Shown piece after piece: positions 1 through 8,117 of a stretch of 64,000 nucleotides of DNA. Under the pieces are notes generated by a model. The model was not told where the DNA came from. It saw only the letters and a program-made list of their open reading frames with translations, and did not search any database. Both the position numbers and the translations under genes were made by a program. The first letter of the stretch is position 1, and every line of letters begins with the position of its first letter. Origin of the DNA: Candidatus Zhuqueibacterota bacterium (GTDB taxonomy: Bacteria; Zhuqueibacterota; Zhuqueibacteria; Residuimicrobiales; Oceaniaggregativiventaceae); contig WJME01000070.1 of the NCBI GenBank assembly GCA_014728115.1, positions 2,448-66,447 of the forward strand, written 5' to 3'.

Positions 1-3000
1 TCCCGGAGCCTCTCCTTGGATACGGACACCGCATCGGCCATTTTGATGAATGTGATTGCCCAGGTCCGCTCTTCCGATATGCACACCGGTGGCATGGTTT
101 CGCATGAGAATGCCATCCAGGCTCGCGCCAGTGATTTCCACATTGGCGATATGCACATCTTCGACGTCATCGAGCAACAGGCCCACATCTCCACCCTGTA
201 ACAGACAATCGAATGCTGAAAAATGTTCTCCGTCATTGTCGATATAGACAGCAGCGGTCTCTTGATTGCCGAGCGTGGACCGCATTGAACCCGGGGGGTT
301 GTTGCCGGCCGTGATATGCAATCCATCCAGCATGACCTCATCCCACACTACACTTGTCGTGTGTTTTGTTTTGTCGGCCGGCACGATCTTGGGTCGATCC
401 ATATCGACAAATGAACTTAACGACAAGCTCTTGTTCACCACGACATTCTCGACAAAGACAGAAGGGCAGATCTTGATAAAGTGCTTGTCCTGTGTATCCT
501 CATCGTCGATGGCTGCCTGGATACTCTGGAACCATTCGCCGCTGTTTTCATTCCAGACTCGTCCCACCCGCAGCTCGCCTGAAATCGGGGTGGGGGGTTC
601 TTTGACGCCGCTGGAAAAATTTACAGGATCTGCACTGACCCATTCCATCTTGGTTTGTGCCTGAAACGTGCGTAACTGATCCGGGATTGGCGCCCATTTT
701 TCAGAAGCCTCAAATTCGTACACCAGCCGCAGATTCAGGGATTGCCCTTTGGGAATGATCTTGTCGACCTCCAGAACGATAAACCCGTCATCGCGCAGAT
801 AAGCACTGTTGGACAACCGTTGCTTTCCCTGATAGAGATAGATCTGGTGCAAGTCATTGTCTTCGACTCCTGTGCCGGCGGATTGGAATCCGACCTTGAG
901 AACCTGCCAGTCATCTATTCTGTCAGCGGTCAGAACAAAGGGCAAAATCGTATACTCGCAGCTGTCACACACACAGGTCGATATCGTGTCCTCTGCACCG
1001 GATTTGCCCAGGGTCAGGGTCGGCACCTGTACCGGTTTTTTCACCTTGAACGTCTGGATGGCCACGCCATAGTTCCCCGCTCCGGGCGTGGCGCCGCCGG
1101 CAGGGCTGTCGATTCCGGATTTCTGCTGTGTGCCCGAAAACGTCTCCCACGACACGCCCTCGGCCGTATACAGGGTGCCCACACCCTGATCATCGGCCGG
1201 TGTGGTGGTGATCTGCAGGCTGCCGGGAGAAGGACACTCGTCCACCTGGACCAGGGTGTTGCCCAGGTGATCCAGCACGAACCGGATCACGCTGCCGCCT
1301 TCGACCGCGGCCAGGATAGCATTGTCACGGATCTCCACATCCCAAATCTTGCCTGTCCCGGTAGCCTCGGCCAGTTGCCAGGGATCAGCGGGATTTGTGA
1401 CCAGGTAGGCCGTCAGTTTGAATTGCGTATCCGATACAATGGACCCCACAAACAGAGTATCGCTGTCCAGAAACAGACAGGTTGGTGTGCTATCGAATTC
1501 CAGGGTCGCCTGCCGGATAGGTTCGGCAGGGGTGGAGATATCGAACGCCTCCACCCCTTTTCCTTGTCCCCTGCCCCCATACGCCGACCAGAGCCAGTTG
1601 CCAGAGGCCAACACAGCCCGCGGTCGTCCGGCCAGAACGACATCTGCCACGCGTTGGATATTTTCCGGATCAGACAGATCCAGGGTGATCAGCTCTTGCG
1701 CATCGGTCTGTACGAACGCATACGAGCCGCTAAAAGAATAATCCATGATCATCCCGGATTCGATGCGGTGCTGTGCTGCAAGAGTGATCGCCCGGGCATC
1801 ATCGATATTCAGCAAGTAGAGGTCTGATATCCGGGCTCCGGTGAGTAAACCGTTATAGAGCTTGAGATGCGAGAGTCCGGCATACTCTGTGTAAAGATCC
1901 TTGACCGCGGGTTGCCGGCGGTCGGACACATCATAGACAAACAGATATTGGGTAGACGAGACATAGAGCTGTTCCTGGTGCGCCTTTAATGACTGGATGT
2001 TATGCGGCGAATTCAGTGTACGGTCTGCCTGCGGATGAGCGGCATCGCTGACATTGAGAATCTCCAGTGGATGATCCGAATTACGGCTAAACAAGACCAG
2101 AGACGAGGCATCTGCATAGACGCCGTGGTGTTCGGCAAAACGCGATCCCTGGATATCAACTCCTGCGATGATGGCCGGCGACGACGGATCTGTGATATCG
2201 GCGACCCACACGCTGTCTTTGCCCCCGAGATACGCATGGGTTTCAAAGGCCGTCACCGTATAGGTGCGATTAGAGGTGCCGGCGAATCCCGTCTCGAACA
2301 ACGCCAGAGGTTGGCTGATATCGAACACCCGCATGCCATTGACGCCGCCGTCGTATTCATTGCACGCTACCAGCGCCAGATCACCTGCCAGGGTCAGGGT
2401 ACGGCCCTTGAGAGCGTCGGCTTGAGCCCGGTAAACCGGATTCAGAGGATCGGACAGATCAAAGACCTGCAGTTTGGCCGGCGATGTGGTCGAGGTGAGC
2501 GCAAAGGCATAGCCATTGCGAATGGCGATATCCGAAGGATAAAAAGAATTGACCGTGGATGCCACAAACGGCGCTGTCGGGTCGGACACATCCACGATCT
2601 GAAACCCGCCTCGTTCGGCAGCGATATAGAGCACATTATTGCCCAGAGCCATGCCTGCTGTCCGGTAGGTCTCGACGTCACAGCGTCCCCTCTTTTGCAA
2701 AGCCTCAGGATCGCTGATATCCACCCCCTGCAAGCCTGCACTGTTGTTCAAGAGACAGTACAGCACTGCCCCGTGTTTTTGCATAGCCAGGATCTCGGCA
2801 TCGAGATTAAGAAATCCCCGTCGGGTGAGCATATCCCCGGACCTGTCGACCACTGCGAGACCGGCGCCCTGGCCCAGATAGACGAGGTCGCCCTCGACCA
2901 GTGCGGCCGTGGCCTGACCGCCGAATTGACCGGCCGGATCGACACGATAATCAACATCCTGAGCGAAAATAAATAAAGGGAAACAAAAGGTTAAACACAA

Positions 3001-3033
3001 CAAGGCAATAATGCGGCAGGAAAAGCGGCACAT
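1..3033 (-). CDS. Secreted LVIVD-repeat beta-propeller protein with a C-terminal beta-helix-like region. It is 3'-partial because it runs off the window, and it is absent from the supplied ORF track.
   Basis: My own reverse-strand translation. The ATG is the complement of 3031-3033, preceded by GGGGAG, and one frame stays open for 1011 codons down to position 1. The N-terminus MCRFSCRIIALLCLTFCFPLFIFAQD looks like a signal peptide. Repeated units carry the LVIVD-type signature: GLQGVDISDPEAL, GFQIVDVSDPTAP, LQVFDLSDPLNP, MRVFDISQPLAL, VWVADITDPSSP, LEILNVSDAAHP, LFVYDVSDRRQP, LITLDLSDPENI and VEAFDISTPAEP. The distal part (VENVVVNKS..., ITAGNN..., VHIANVEITGASLDGILMRN...) resembles parallel beta-helix repeats. 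Confidence 0.8.
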   Translation of the reverse strand, partial: MCRFSCRIIALLCLTFCFPLFIFAQDVDYRVDPAGQFGGQATAALVEGDLVYLGQGAGLAVVDRSGDMLTRRGFLNLDAEILAMQKHGAVLYCLLNNSAGLQGVDISDPEALQKRGRCDVETYRTAGMALGNNVLYIAAERGGFQIVDVSDPTAPFVASTVNSFYPSDIAIRNGYAFALTSTTSPAKLQVFDLSDPLNPVYRAQADALKGRTLTLAGDLALVACNEYDGGVNGMRVFDISQPLALFETGFAGTSNRTYTVTAFETHAYLGGKDSVWVADITDPSSPAIIAGVDIQGSRFAEHHGVYADASSLVLFSRNSDHPLEILNVSDAAHPQADRTLNSPHNIQSLKAHQEQLYVSSTQYLFVYDVSDRRQPAVKDLYTEYAGLSHLKLYNGLLTGARISDLYLLNIDDARAITLAAQHRIESGMIMDYSFSGSYAFVQTDAQELITLDLSDPENIQRVADVVLAGRPRAVLASGNWLWSAYGGRGQGKGVEAFDISTPAEPIRQATLEFDSTPTCLFLDSDTLFVGSIVSDTQFKLTAYLVTNPADPWQLAEATGTGKIWDVEIRDNAILAAVEGGSVIRFVLDHLGNTLVQVDECPSPGSLQITTTPADDQGVGTLYTAEGVSWETFSGTQQKSGIDSPAGGATPGAGNYGVAIQTFKVKKPVQVPTLTLGKSGAEDTISTCVCDSCEYTILPFVLTADRIDDWQVLKVGFQSAGTGVEDNDLHQIYLYQGKQRLSNSAYLRDDGFIVLEVDKIIPKGQSLNLRLVYEFEASEKWAPIPDQLRTFQAQTKMEWVSADPVNFSSGVKEPPTPISGELRVGRVWNENSGEWFQSIQAAIDDEDTQDKHFIKICPSVFVENVVVNKSLSLSSFVDMDRPKIVPADKTKHTTSVVWDEVMLDGLHITAGNNPPGSMRSTLGNQETAAVYIDNDGEHFSAFDCLLQGGDVGLLLDDVEDVHIANVEITGASLDGILMRNHATGVHIGRADLGNHIHQNGRCGVRIQGEAPG

Positions 3034-3165
3034 GAGATTCTCCCCTGTCATCACAGTCATGGTCATTGGTTTCGCTTGTTTCCTTTGATAGGAAAAAAAT
3101 CGCAAATAATCAATCCTACCAAAGTAGGATTTTCATAAGCGCATACCACTCCTCATGACGGAATC

Positions 3166-4140
3166 ATGCTGCTTTTTGGTTGCACCTTTGCAGAAATATA
3201 CTTACATACAATTATGACCGGGACAAGCCCTCACATCTTTTTCGGATTCTCTGTCGTGTTGCTCATTGCAGAGCTGGCCATGGCGTATCTCTTGCATAAA
3301 AAATATCAGCTGGCCGTGGTGTCGAGCTTTTTCTATTATCTCTTTTTCATCAACATCTTTGCGTTTTACGGCCTCTGGAATCTGCATCTGCTCACTCTGC
3401 TGACCGGCCAAACCTCGAGTACCCTGGATCCCATTGTCGTCCTCGTAATCAAATATTTTGCCGTGCCCTTTATGATCCTGGGCAACTATTTTTTCATCAA
3501 ATTTTTCCGCCTGTTATCCGGCAAGTCTCTTTCCCCCGGATTCATCATTTTCTTTTTCGGCTTTGAATTCCTGATCTTTACAGGCACCGGACTCTCGATT
3601 CTGCTCACCAGCGATACCCTGCCGGTACAAACCCTTGGGCAAACCCTGGAAACCCTTTTCATCCTCAACGACGGCTTTTGCATTGCGCTCGCTCTGTCGC
3701 AGGTGTTTATCCTCCGGCCGCAGGATCCTGACCAGCGCCGGCTGGCGCGCAAGATGACCTTTTATTATCTGATCCTCACCCCCCTCTATCTGACCCTGAT
3801 GGCCCTGGAAGTCAATCAGAAGGCGAGCCTGGTCAACCTCATCGTCTTTCCTCTTTTCGACCTCGTGCCCCTGCTCTGGCTGTTCCTCGCCATGCGCGCC
3901 CACGGCCCCTCCCTGTTCAGTCCCGCCATTAAATCCGGACTCGATGCCCTGGTAGCCAGCTGTAAAATCACCCCGCGCGAAAAACAGATCATCCGTCTCA
4001 TCTGCGAGGGCAAGAGCAACAAAGAGATCAGCGAGCAGCTCTACATCTCTTTGCAGACCGTCAAAGATCACAATCACAATATCTTTAGCAAAACCCACGT
4101 CAAAAGCCGTACCCAACTGATAACCCTCATCAATCAGTAG
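3166..4140 (+). CDS. Polytopic membrane protein with a C-terminal LuxR/GerE-type HTH (membrane-anchored transcription regulator)
   Basis: 324-aa ORF. The first ~250 aa are consecutive hydrophobic helices. The last ~60 aa, ITPREKQIIRLICEGKSNKEISEQLYISLQTVKDHNHNIFSKTHVKSRTQLITL, is a textbook LuxR-type HTH. The exact start is uncertain (alternative Met at 3214). Confidence 0.75.
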   Translation: MLLFGCTFAEIYLHTIMTGTSPHIFFGFSVVLLIAELAMAYLLHKKYQLAVVSSFFYYLFFINIFAFYGLWNLHLLTLLTGQTSSTLDPIVVLVIKYFAVPFMILGNYFFIKFFRLLSGKSLSPGFIIFFFGFEFLIFTGTGLSILLTSDTLPVQTLGQTLETLFILNDGFCIALALSQVFILRPQDPDQRRLARKMTFYYLILTPLYLTLMALEVNQKASLVNLIVFPLFDLVPLLWLFLAMRAHGPSLFSPAIKSGLDALVASCKITPREKQIIRLICEGKSNKEISEQLYISLQTVKDHNHNIFSKTHVKSRTQLITLINQ

Positions 4141-4154
4141 AGGCCAGAGGCGTT

Positions 4155-4286
4155 TTGAAACATGTGGGAACGTGAGAGACGTGCGGCACGTGAAAACGTG
4201 GGAACGTGCGGCACGTGAAAACGTGGGAACGTGAGAACGTGAAAACGTGGGAACGTGAAAACGTGGGAACATGAAAACGTGGGAAC
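4155..4286. repeat. Tandem array of a 16-nt unit, GTGAAAACGTGGGAAC, interleaved with 8-9-nt GTGCGGCAC / GTGAGAAC / GTGAGAGAC units
   Basis: Read directly from the sequence. Near-perfect 16-mers lie at 4190-4205, 4215-4230, 4239-4254, 4255-4270 and 4271-4286, with a degenerate copy at 4155-4171. Every unit junction creates ACGTG, giving 13 ACGTG cores by my count at 8-9-nt spacing. The array starts immediately after the stop of the LuxR-type gene. Confidence 0.9.
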
Positions 4287-4369
4287 AAAAAACTGCATTT
4301 TATGCGAGGTAAAAGCTCAAAAATATCGTCGACCTCCGGGGAGGGGCTTGTCGTATTGAAATATATAGC

Positions 4370-4467
4370 TATACCCGATTGGGTATAGAGTCAATACATT
4401 ACGAACTTTTATACCCGAAAAGGTATAAAAACAATTTTCTCCTTGCATTTATACCCGAAAAGGTATA
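4370..4467. promoter_or_regulatory. Three operator-like palindromes, TATACC-N6-GGTATA, upstream of the hipB-like gene
   Basis: TATACCCGATTGGGTATA at 4370-4387, and TATACCCGAAAAGGTATA at 4410-4427 and again at 4450-4467. The third copy sits between a TTGCAT (4443-4448) and a TATAAA/TAAATT -10-like element (4464-4471), about 25 nt before the ATG at 4493. Repeated dyads overlapping the promoter are the classic arrangement for HipB-type autorepression. Confidence 0.65.
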
Positions 4468-4492
4468 AATTAATTCAAAAAACAGTTAATAA

Positions 4493-4714
4493 ATGACCAT
4501 GAACCCTATCGCTACATTTTGTAAATCACGTCGCAAACAGCTGGGGCTCTCGCAGGTCGAGTTCGCTGATCGGGCCGGGGTAGGCCTGCGCTTTATCCGC
4601 GATCTGGAGCAGGGCAAACAATCCTTGCGCCTGGACAAGGTCAATCAGGTCCTGGCCATGTTCGGACAACAAGTAGGGCCGACTCCGATAAAAAGAGAGA
4701 ATCCCTATGGCTAG
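4493..4714 (+). CDS. hipB: Xre/Cro-type HTH protein, the HipB-like component of a tripartite Hip module
   Basis: 73-aa ORF. LGLSQVEFADRAGVGLRFIRDLEQGKQSLRLDKVNQVL is an Xre-family HTH. Its 3' end overlaps the next ORF by 8 nt (4707-4714). Confidence 0.8.
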   Translation: MTMNPIATFCKSRRKQLGLSQVEFADRAGVGLRFIRDLEQGKQSLRLDKVNQVLAMFGQQVGPTPIKRENPYG

Positions 4715-5045
4715 AACTGCTCATGTCTATGTTCATGACCGGCTGGCAGGAATTCTCCGGGAAGATGAGACCGGATTTACCTTTGTCTATACGGAAGACT
4801 ATGTAGCGGACACAAATTCCTTACCTGTCAGTCTGACCCTGCCGAAATCCGGACAGCCGTTAAAAAGCGAAATGCTTTTCCCCTTTTTTGACGGGCTTAT
4901 CCCGGAAGGCTGGCTGCTGGATATTGCGACCGACAGCTGGAAACTCGATGCCAGGGATCGGATGGGACTCTTGATGGCGTGTTGCCAGGATTGCATCGGT
5001 GCAGTCAGTATCATTCCGGTGGGGACATCCTATGCCAAAGAATAA
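4707..5045 (+). CDS. hipS: Stand-alone HipA N-terminal subdomain protein (HipS-like)
   Basis: 112-aa ORF. VYVHDRLAGILREDETGFTFVYTEDY...SLPVSLTLP...LFPFFDGLIPEGW matches the HipA N-terminal (Couple_hipA) pattern. It overlaps both neighbours. Confidence 0.75.
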   Translation: MARTAHVYVHDRLAGILREDETGFTFVYTEDYVADTNSLPVSLTLPKSGQPLKSEMLFPFFDGLIPEGWLLDIATDSWKLDARDRMGLLMACCQDCIGAVSIIPVGTSYAKE

Positions 5046-5979
5046 GTGTCTGGTTTGCATGCAACCTCTTCCTGAGAACAGGACCGACTATCATTTAAAC
5101 TGCTGCCAATCCCTCTTTGAGCAACCTTTTGCACCGGAGCTGAACTATCGCAGACACGAACTCGGCCAATTGGCCAAAAAAATCATTCGGCAGAGTGTCA
5201 CGGTTCCGGGTGTTCAAGCAAAACTATCCATGCATATCAGAAAAACCAGGGACAAAGGGACGCGTCTCACCCTGGTCGGCTTGTGGGGGAATTTTATTCT
5301 GAAACCCCCGACCGATCTATATGCTCATTTGCCGGAAAATGAAGCCCTGACCATGCAGCTGGCCACCCTTTTTGGCATCGAAACCGTACCGCACGGTTTA
5401 ATCAGACTCGCCTCCAAAGAGTTGGCCTATATTACCCGACGAATCGATCGGACTCTGAAACACAAAATCCCGATGGAGGATTTTTGCCAGCTCAGCCTTC
5501 GCATGACCGAGCACAAATATCGTGGTTCTTATGAACAGCTGGCCAAAATCATTACTGCGTATTGCCAAAATACTCTTTTTGAGATCCTGAAATTTTATGA
5601 GCTGATCCTGTTCTGCTTTCTGACCGGCAATGCAGACATGCACCTCAAAAACTTTTCCCTGATCTATGAGAATCACTCCAGTATCCGTCTGGCACCCGCC
5701 TATGATCTGCTCAACACGCGTCTGGTTCTGACGGAAAAACAGGATCCTGAAGAGACGGCGCTGACTCTGGATGGCAAAAAATCCAAATTTACCCGCTCTA
5801 ATTTTATCCGGTTTGGGCTTTCCATAGGGTTGACAAACAGGCAAATCGACAACGTCTTTCAACGCTTCGAGTCCAGTCTCGCTCACGCCCTTGATCTCTT
5901 TTCCAAGAGTTTTTTACCCGACTCGTTTGCGGGCAAATATCAAGAGATCTTTCAGGAACGATGTAATCGTTTGTTTTGA
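5032..5979 (+). CDS. hipT: HipA-family Ser/Thr kinase core lacking the N-subdomain (HipT-like toxin)
   Basis: I prefer the ATG at 5032 (MPKNKCLVC...), which overlaps the hipS-like stop by 14 nt. The track start at 4999 is further upstream. Kinase motifs present are VPGVQAKLS (Gly-rich loop), FLTGNADMHLKNFSLIY (catalytic loop) and LAPAYDLLNT (Mg-binding Asp). The N-terminal CLVCMQPL...DYHLNCCQSLF is a CxxC...HxxCC zinc-ribbon-like motif. Confidence 0.8.
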   Translation: MPKNKCLVCMQPLPENRTDYHLNCCQSLFEQPFAPELNYRRHELGQLAKKIIRQSVTVPGVQAKLSMHIRKTRDKGTRLTLVGLWGNFILKPPTDLYAHLPENEALTMQLATLFGIETVPHGLIRLASKELAYITRRIDRTLKHKIPMEDFCQLSLRMTEHKYRGSYEQLAKIITAYCQNTLFEILKFYELILFCFLTGNADMHLKNFSLIYENHSSIRLAPAYDLLNTRLVLTEKQDPEETALTLDGKKSKFTRSNFIRFGLSIGLTNRQIDNVFQRFESSLAHALDLFSKSFLPDSFAGKYQEIFQERCNRLF

Positions 5980-6040
5980 TGTTTAGAGGAAACAACTCAA
6001 GTGGAATCGATTCCGGAATTACGCGGCCGGATTGTGGAAA

Positions 6041-6362
6041 GGTGGTCGCAAAAGGAAAAAGGGACGGAGAGACAGAGGGACTCGGTGAGAGAGAGAGAGT
6101 GTGTGTGTGTGTGTGAAGATTGGGCCAAGTGACTGAGAGACGGAGGGACGGAGGGACAAAGAGAGCAAACAGATAAACAAAAGTGCTATTTTTTTAAACG
6201 GTTCTATGGTTTTGTTCTTTCCGGCGAAAGCCGGAACTACAAACAAAAGAACTTTACTCCCTCACTCTGTCTCTCCCTCACTCCCTCTCTCTCCATCTCT
6301 CTGTCTCTCCCTCTCTCCGTCCCTTCGTCTCTCCCTCCCCTCATCACTCTTTCTCACCCACC
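6041..6362. repeat. Low-complexity homopurine (GA-rich) arm and homopyrimidine (CT-rich) arm forming an imperfect inverted repeat. It contains (GA)n and (TG)8 microsatellites and a central GAAA-tetraloop hairpin.
   Basis: The + strand is almost pure G/A across 6041-6170 (gggacggagagacagagggac..., gagacggagggacggagggacaaagagag). (GA)6 lies at 6087-6099 and (TG)8 at 6100-6115. The + strand is almost pure C/T across 6256-6362 (ctctccgtcccttcgtctctccctcccc). The reverse complement of the second arm shares GGGACGGAGAGA and GAGACAGAG strings with the first. The hairpin TTCCGGC-GAAA-GCCGGAA is at 6219-6236. The block lies between the convergent hipT-like and aminotransferase genes. Confidence 0.85.
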
Positions 6363-7703
6363 CCTGGCCAGCTCCCCACTATGCGCTCGCACCTTTTCGA
6401 TGGCATTCAGAATATCATCCATATCCGATGGCTCTGCCAAAAGCAGATTCTGGGTAAAGGCGACGGTGGTTTCGCAGACCTGCTTGTTGCCGGGCAGATG
6501 GTGCAGGCTCTCTTTGTATTCTTTGAGACGCCGGGCTGAGAACAGGCGCTTGTATCCGCGGGATTCAATGGCTTCGTCCAGCAATCCGTCGAAATACTGT
6601 TCGTGGTAAACCCTCGATAGCGGTATGCCCTCGGCGCGCATGGCTTCGATAAAGCGGTCGCGCGACAGGCCGTTGAAGGCCTGATGGTCATAGCGCATGG
6701 GATAGAGATGCCAGACCGGACTGCTGCCCTCGGCCAGACGCACCGGCTGTATGCCCGGCTGGTCTGCCAGCTTTTGCGACAGATACGCGGCATTGGCCTG
6801 GCGTTTGGCGGTTTCGGTCTGCAGCTTGTCCAGTTGCTGAATGAGCATGGCTGCCTGCACCTGCTGCATGCGGCGGTTGCTGCCGCGCATGAAATACTGG
6901 TGCTCACCGGTACAGGACTGGTATGCCCGGCCACAGTTGTGAAACGAATGACAGCGGTCCAAAAGGGACTCGTCATTGCCGGTGATGGCGCCGCCTTCAC
7001 CGCTGGGCAGGTGCTTGGAATTCTGAAAACTGAAACAACCCAGATCCGCCAACACCCCGCACTTTTTGCCCTTGTATTCGGCCAGCCAGGCCTGACAGGC
7101 ATCTTCGATGACCGGCAGACCATGCCTTTTGGCAATTGCATTGATGGGATCCATATCACAAGGCAGCCCATAGATATGCACGGGCATGATAGCACGGGTA
7201 CGGTCGGTGATGCGGCTTTCGATGGTCGAGGGATCCAGGGTCAGGGTCTCGGGATCGGTATCGGCAAAGACAGGCAGACTTTTACCGATGAGTATGGCAT
7301 TATAAGTGGCGATAAAGGTAAAGGGCGACACGATCACCTCGTCTCCGGCATCCACATCCAGTACATGCAGGGCGATCATCAGGGCTGTGGTGCCGCTGGC
7401 TGTGGCCAGGCAGCATTTGGCGCCCAGCAGGTCTGCATAAGCAGTCTCGAACTCGGACACATGCTCACCGCGTCCGCGCCACCAGCGGCCGCTACGCATG
7501 ATCTCGATGATACGCGGTTCCCATTCCTGACGCCATGAAGGCCAGGACGGCCACTCTTTGGTGCGTACCGGAGATCCTCCCAGGGCGGCTGGTTTGGCCG
7601 GCGCACCGTAAACCTCTGCGGCAGAACGCAGGGTCAGACCTGCAGCAAGAGAACCCGCCGCGGTATTGCGAATAAAACGACGACGTGAATAGGTTATTTT
7701 CAT
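6354..7703 (-). CDS. DegT/DnrJ/EryC1/StrS-family PLP aminotransferase with a twin-arginine (Tat) leader
   Basis: I chose the start at 7703 (ATG, GGAG 8 nt upstream) rather than the TTG at 7724. The leader is MKITYSRRRFIRNTAAGSLAAGLTLRSAAEVYGA. Family motifs are GDEVIVSPFTFIATYNAI and CFSFQNSKHLPSGEGGAI (Schiff-base Lys context). Confidence 0.8.
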   Translation of the reverse strand: MKITYSRRRFIRNTAAGSLAAGLTLRSAAEVYGAPAKPAALGGSPVRTKEWPSWPSWRQEWEPRIIEIMRSGRWWRGRGEHVSEFETAYADLLGAKCCLATASGTTALMIALHVLDVDAGDEVIVSPFTFIATYNAILIGKSLPVFADTDPETLTLDPSTIESRITDRTRAIMPVHIYGLPCDMDPINAIAKRHGLPVIEDACQAWLAEYKGKKCGVLADLGCFSFQNSKHLPSGEGGAITGNDESLLDRCHSFHNCGRAYQSCTGEHQYFMRGSNRRMQQVQAAMLIQQLDKLQTETAKRQANAAYLSQKLADQPGIQPVRLAEGSSPVWHLYPMRYDHQAFNGLSRDRFIEAMRAEGIPLSRVYHEQYFDGLLDEAIESRGYKRLFSARRLKEYKESLHHLPGNKQVCETTVAFTQNLLLAEPSDMDDILNAIEKVRAHSGELARGG

Positions 7704-8117
7704 GATCAACTCCCGGTTGGTCAATAGGAGGTTTTATTTAATATGTCGTTTTCACAGGAAAATAGCAAGAGTAAAAGAGTCCCCCATGCTCTATGCTCCA
7801 GGCTCGTTGTCCAGCACCCTTTATTTGTTGTGATAATAATAGACCACTAAAGGGTGATGGTCCCGTGTTTTAAGCTCTTTTGGGAGAGAGCAACATTCAA
7901 GCACATTTCCCGTTCCCTTGTTAAAATCTATTCATTGTTGCTTCACGGCATTTCACCAGGTGATCGGGAAAACGCGAATTCAATTTTGCCATAGAACTCA
8001 TTTATCGTTTAAAAATATTATATTTAGCCCATCTGCAAAACTGATTTTATATGGCATTAAATTTGTCACAGCCTCTGTACATACCCTTCCAAGAATACAA
8101 AACTTCCGGAGTGCAAC

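Noticed and set aside
742-2976. Long + strand ORFs 742..1827 (361 aa) and 2002..2976 (324 aa), plus smaller ORFs in this region
   Set aside because: Their translations are Arg/Gly/Asp/His-rich with no motifs. The opposite strand carries one continuous 1011-codon frame with a signal peptide and LVIVD repeats, so these are antisense shadow ORFs.
3514-4272. 252-aa minus-strand ORF spanning the LuxR-type gene and the tandem array
   Set aside because: It is antisense to a gene with a clear LuxR HTH. Its N-terminus (FPRFHVPTFSRSHVPTFSR) is just the translated 16-nt repeat.
4155-4286. Possibility that the tandem array is a CRISPR array
   Set aside because: The units are 16 nt with 8-9-nt interspersed units that are themselves repeated. 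There are no unique spacers of 25-40 nt, no leader and no cas genes.
6019-6457. ORFs 6019..6246 (-) and 6206..6457 (+) with Ser/Leu/Pro-rich translations
   Set aside because: They are direct translations of the GA/CT low-complexity block. They have no start context, and one overlaps the aminotransferase 3' end.
6407-7606. Alternative-frame ORFs inside the aminotransferase gene (6407..7195 -, 6684..7538 +, 7379..7606 -)
   Set aside because: The frame carrying the Tat leader and the DegT motifs explains the region. The others have skewed Arg/Ala/Cys-rich composition.
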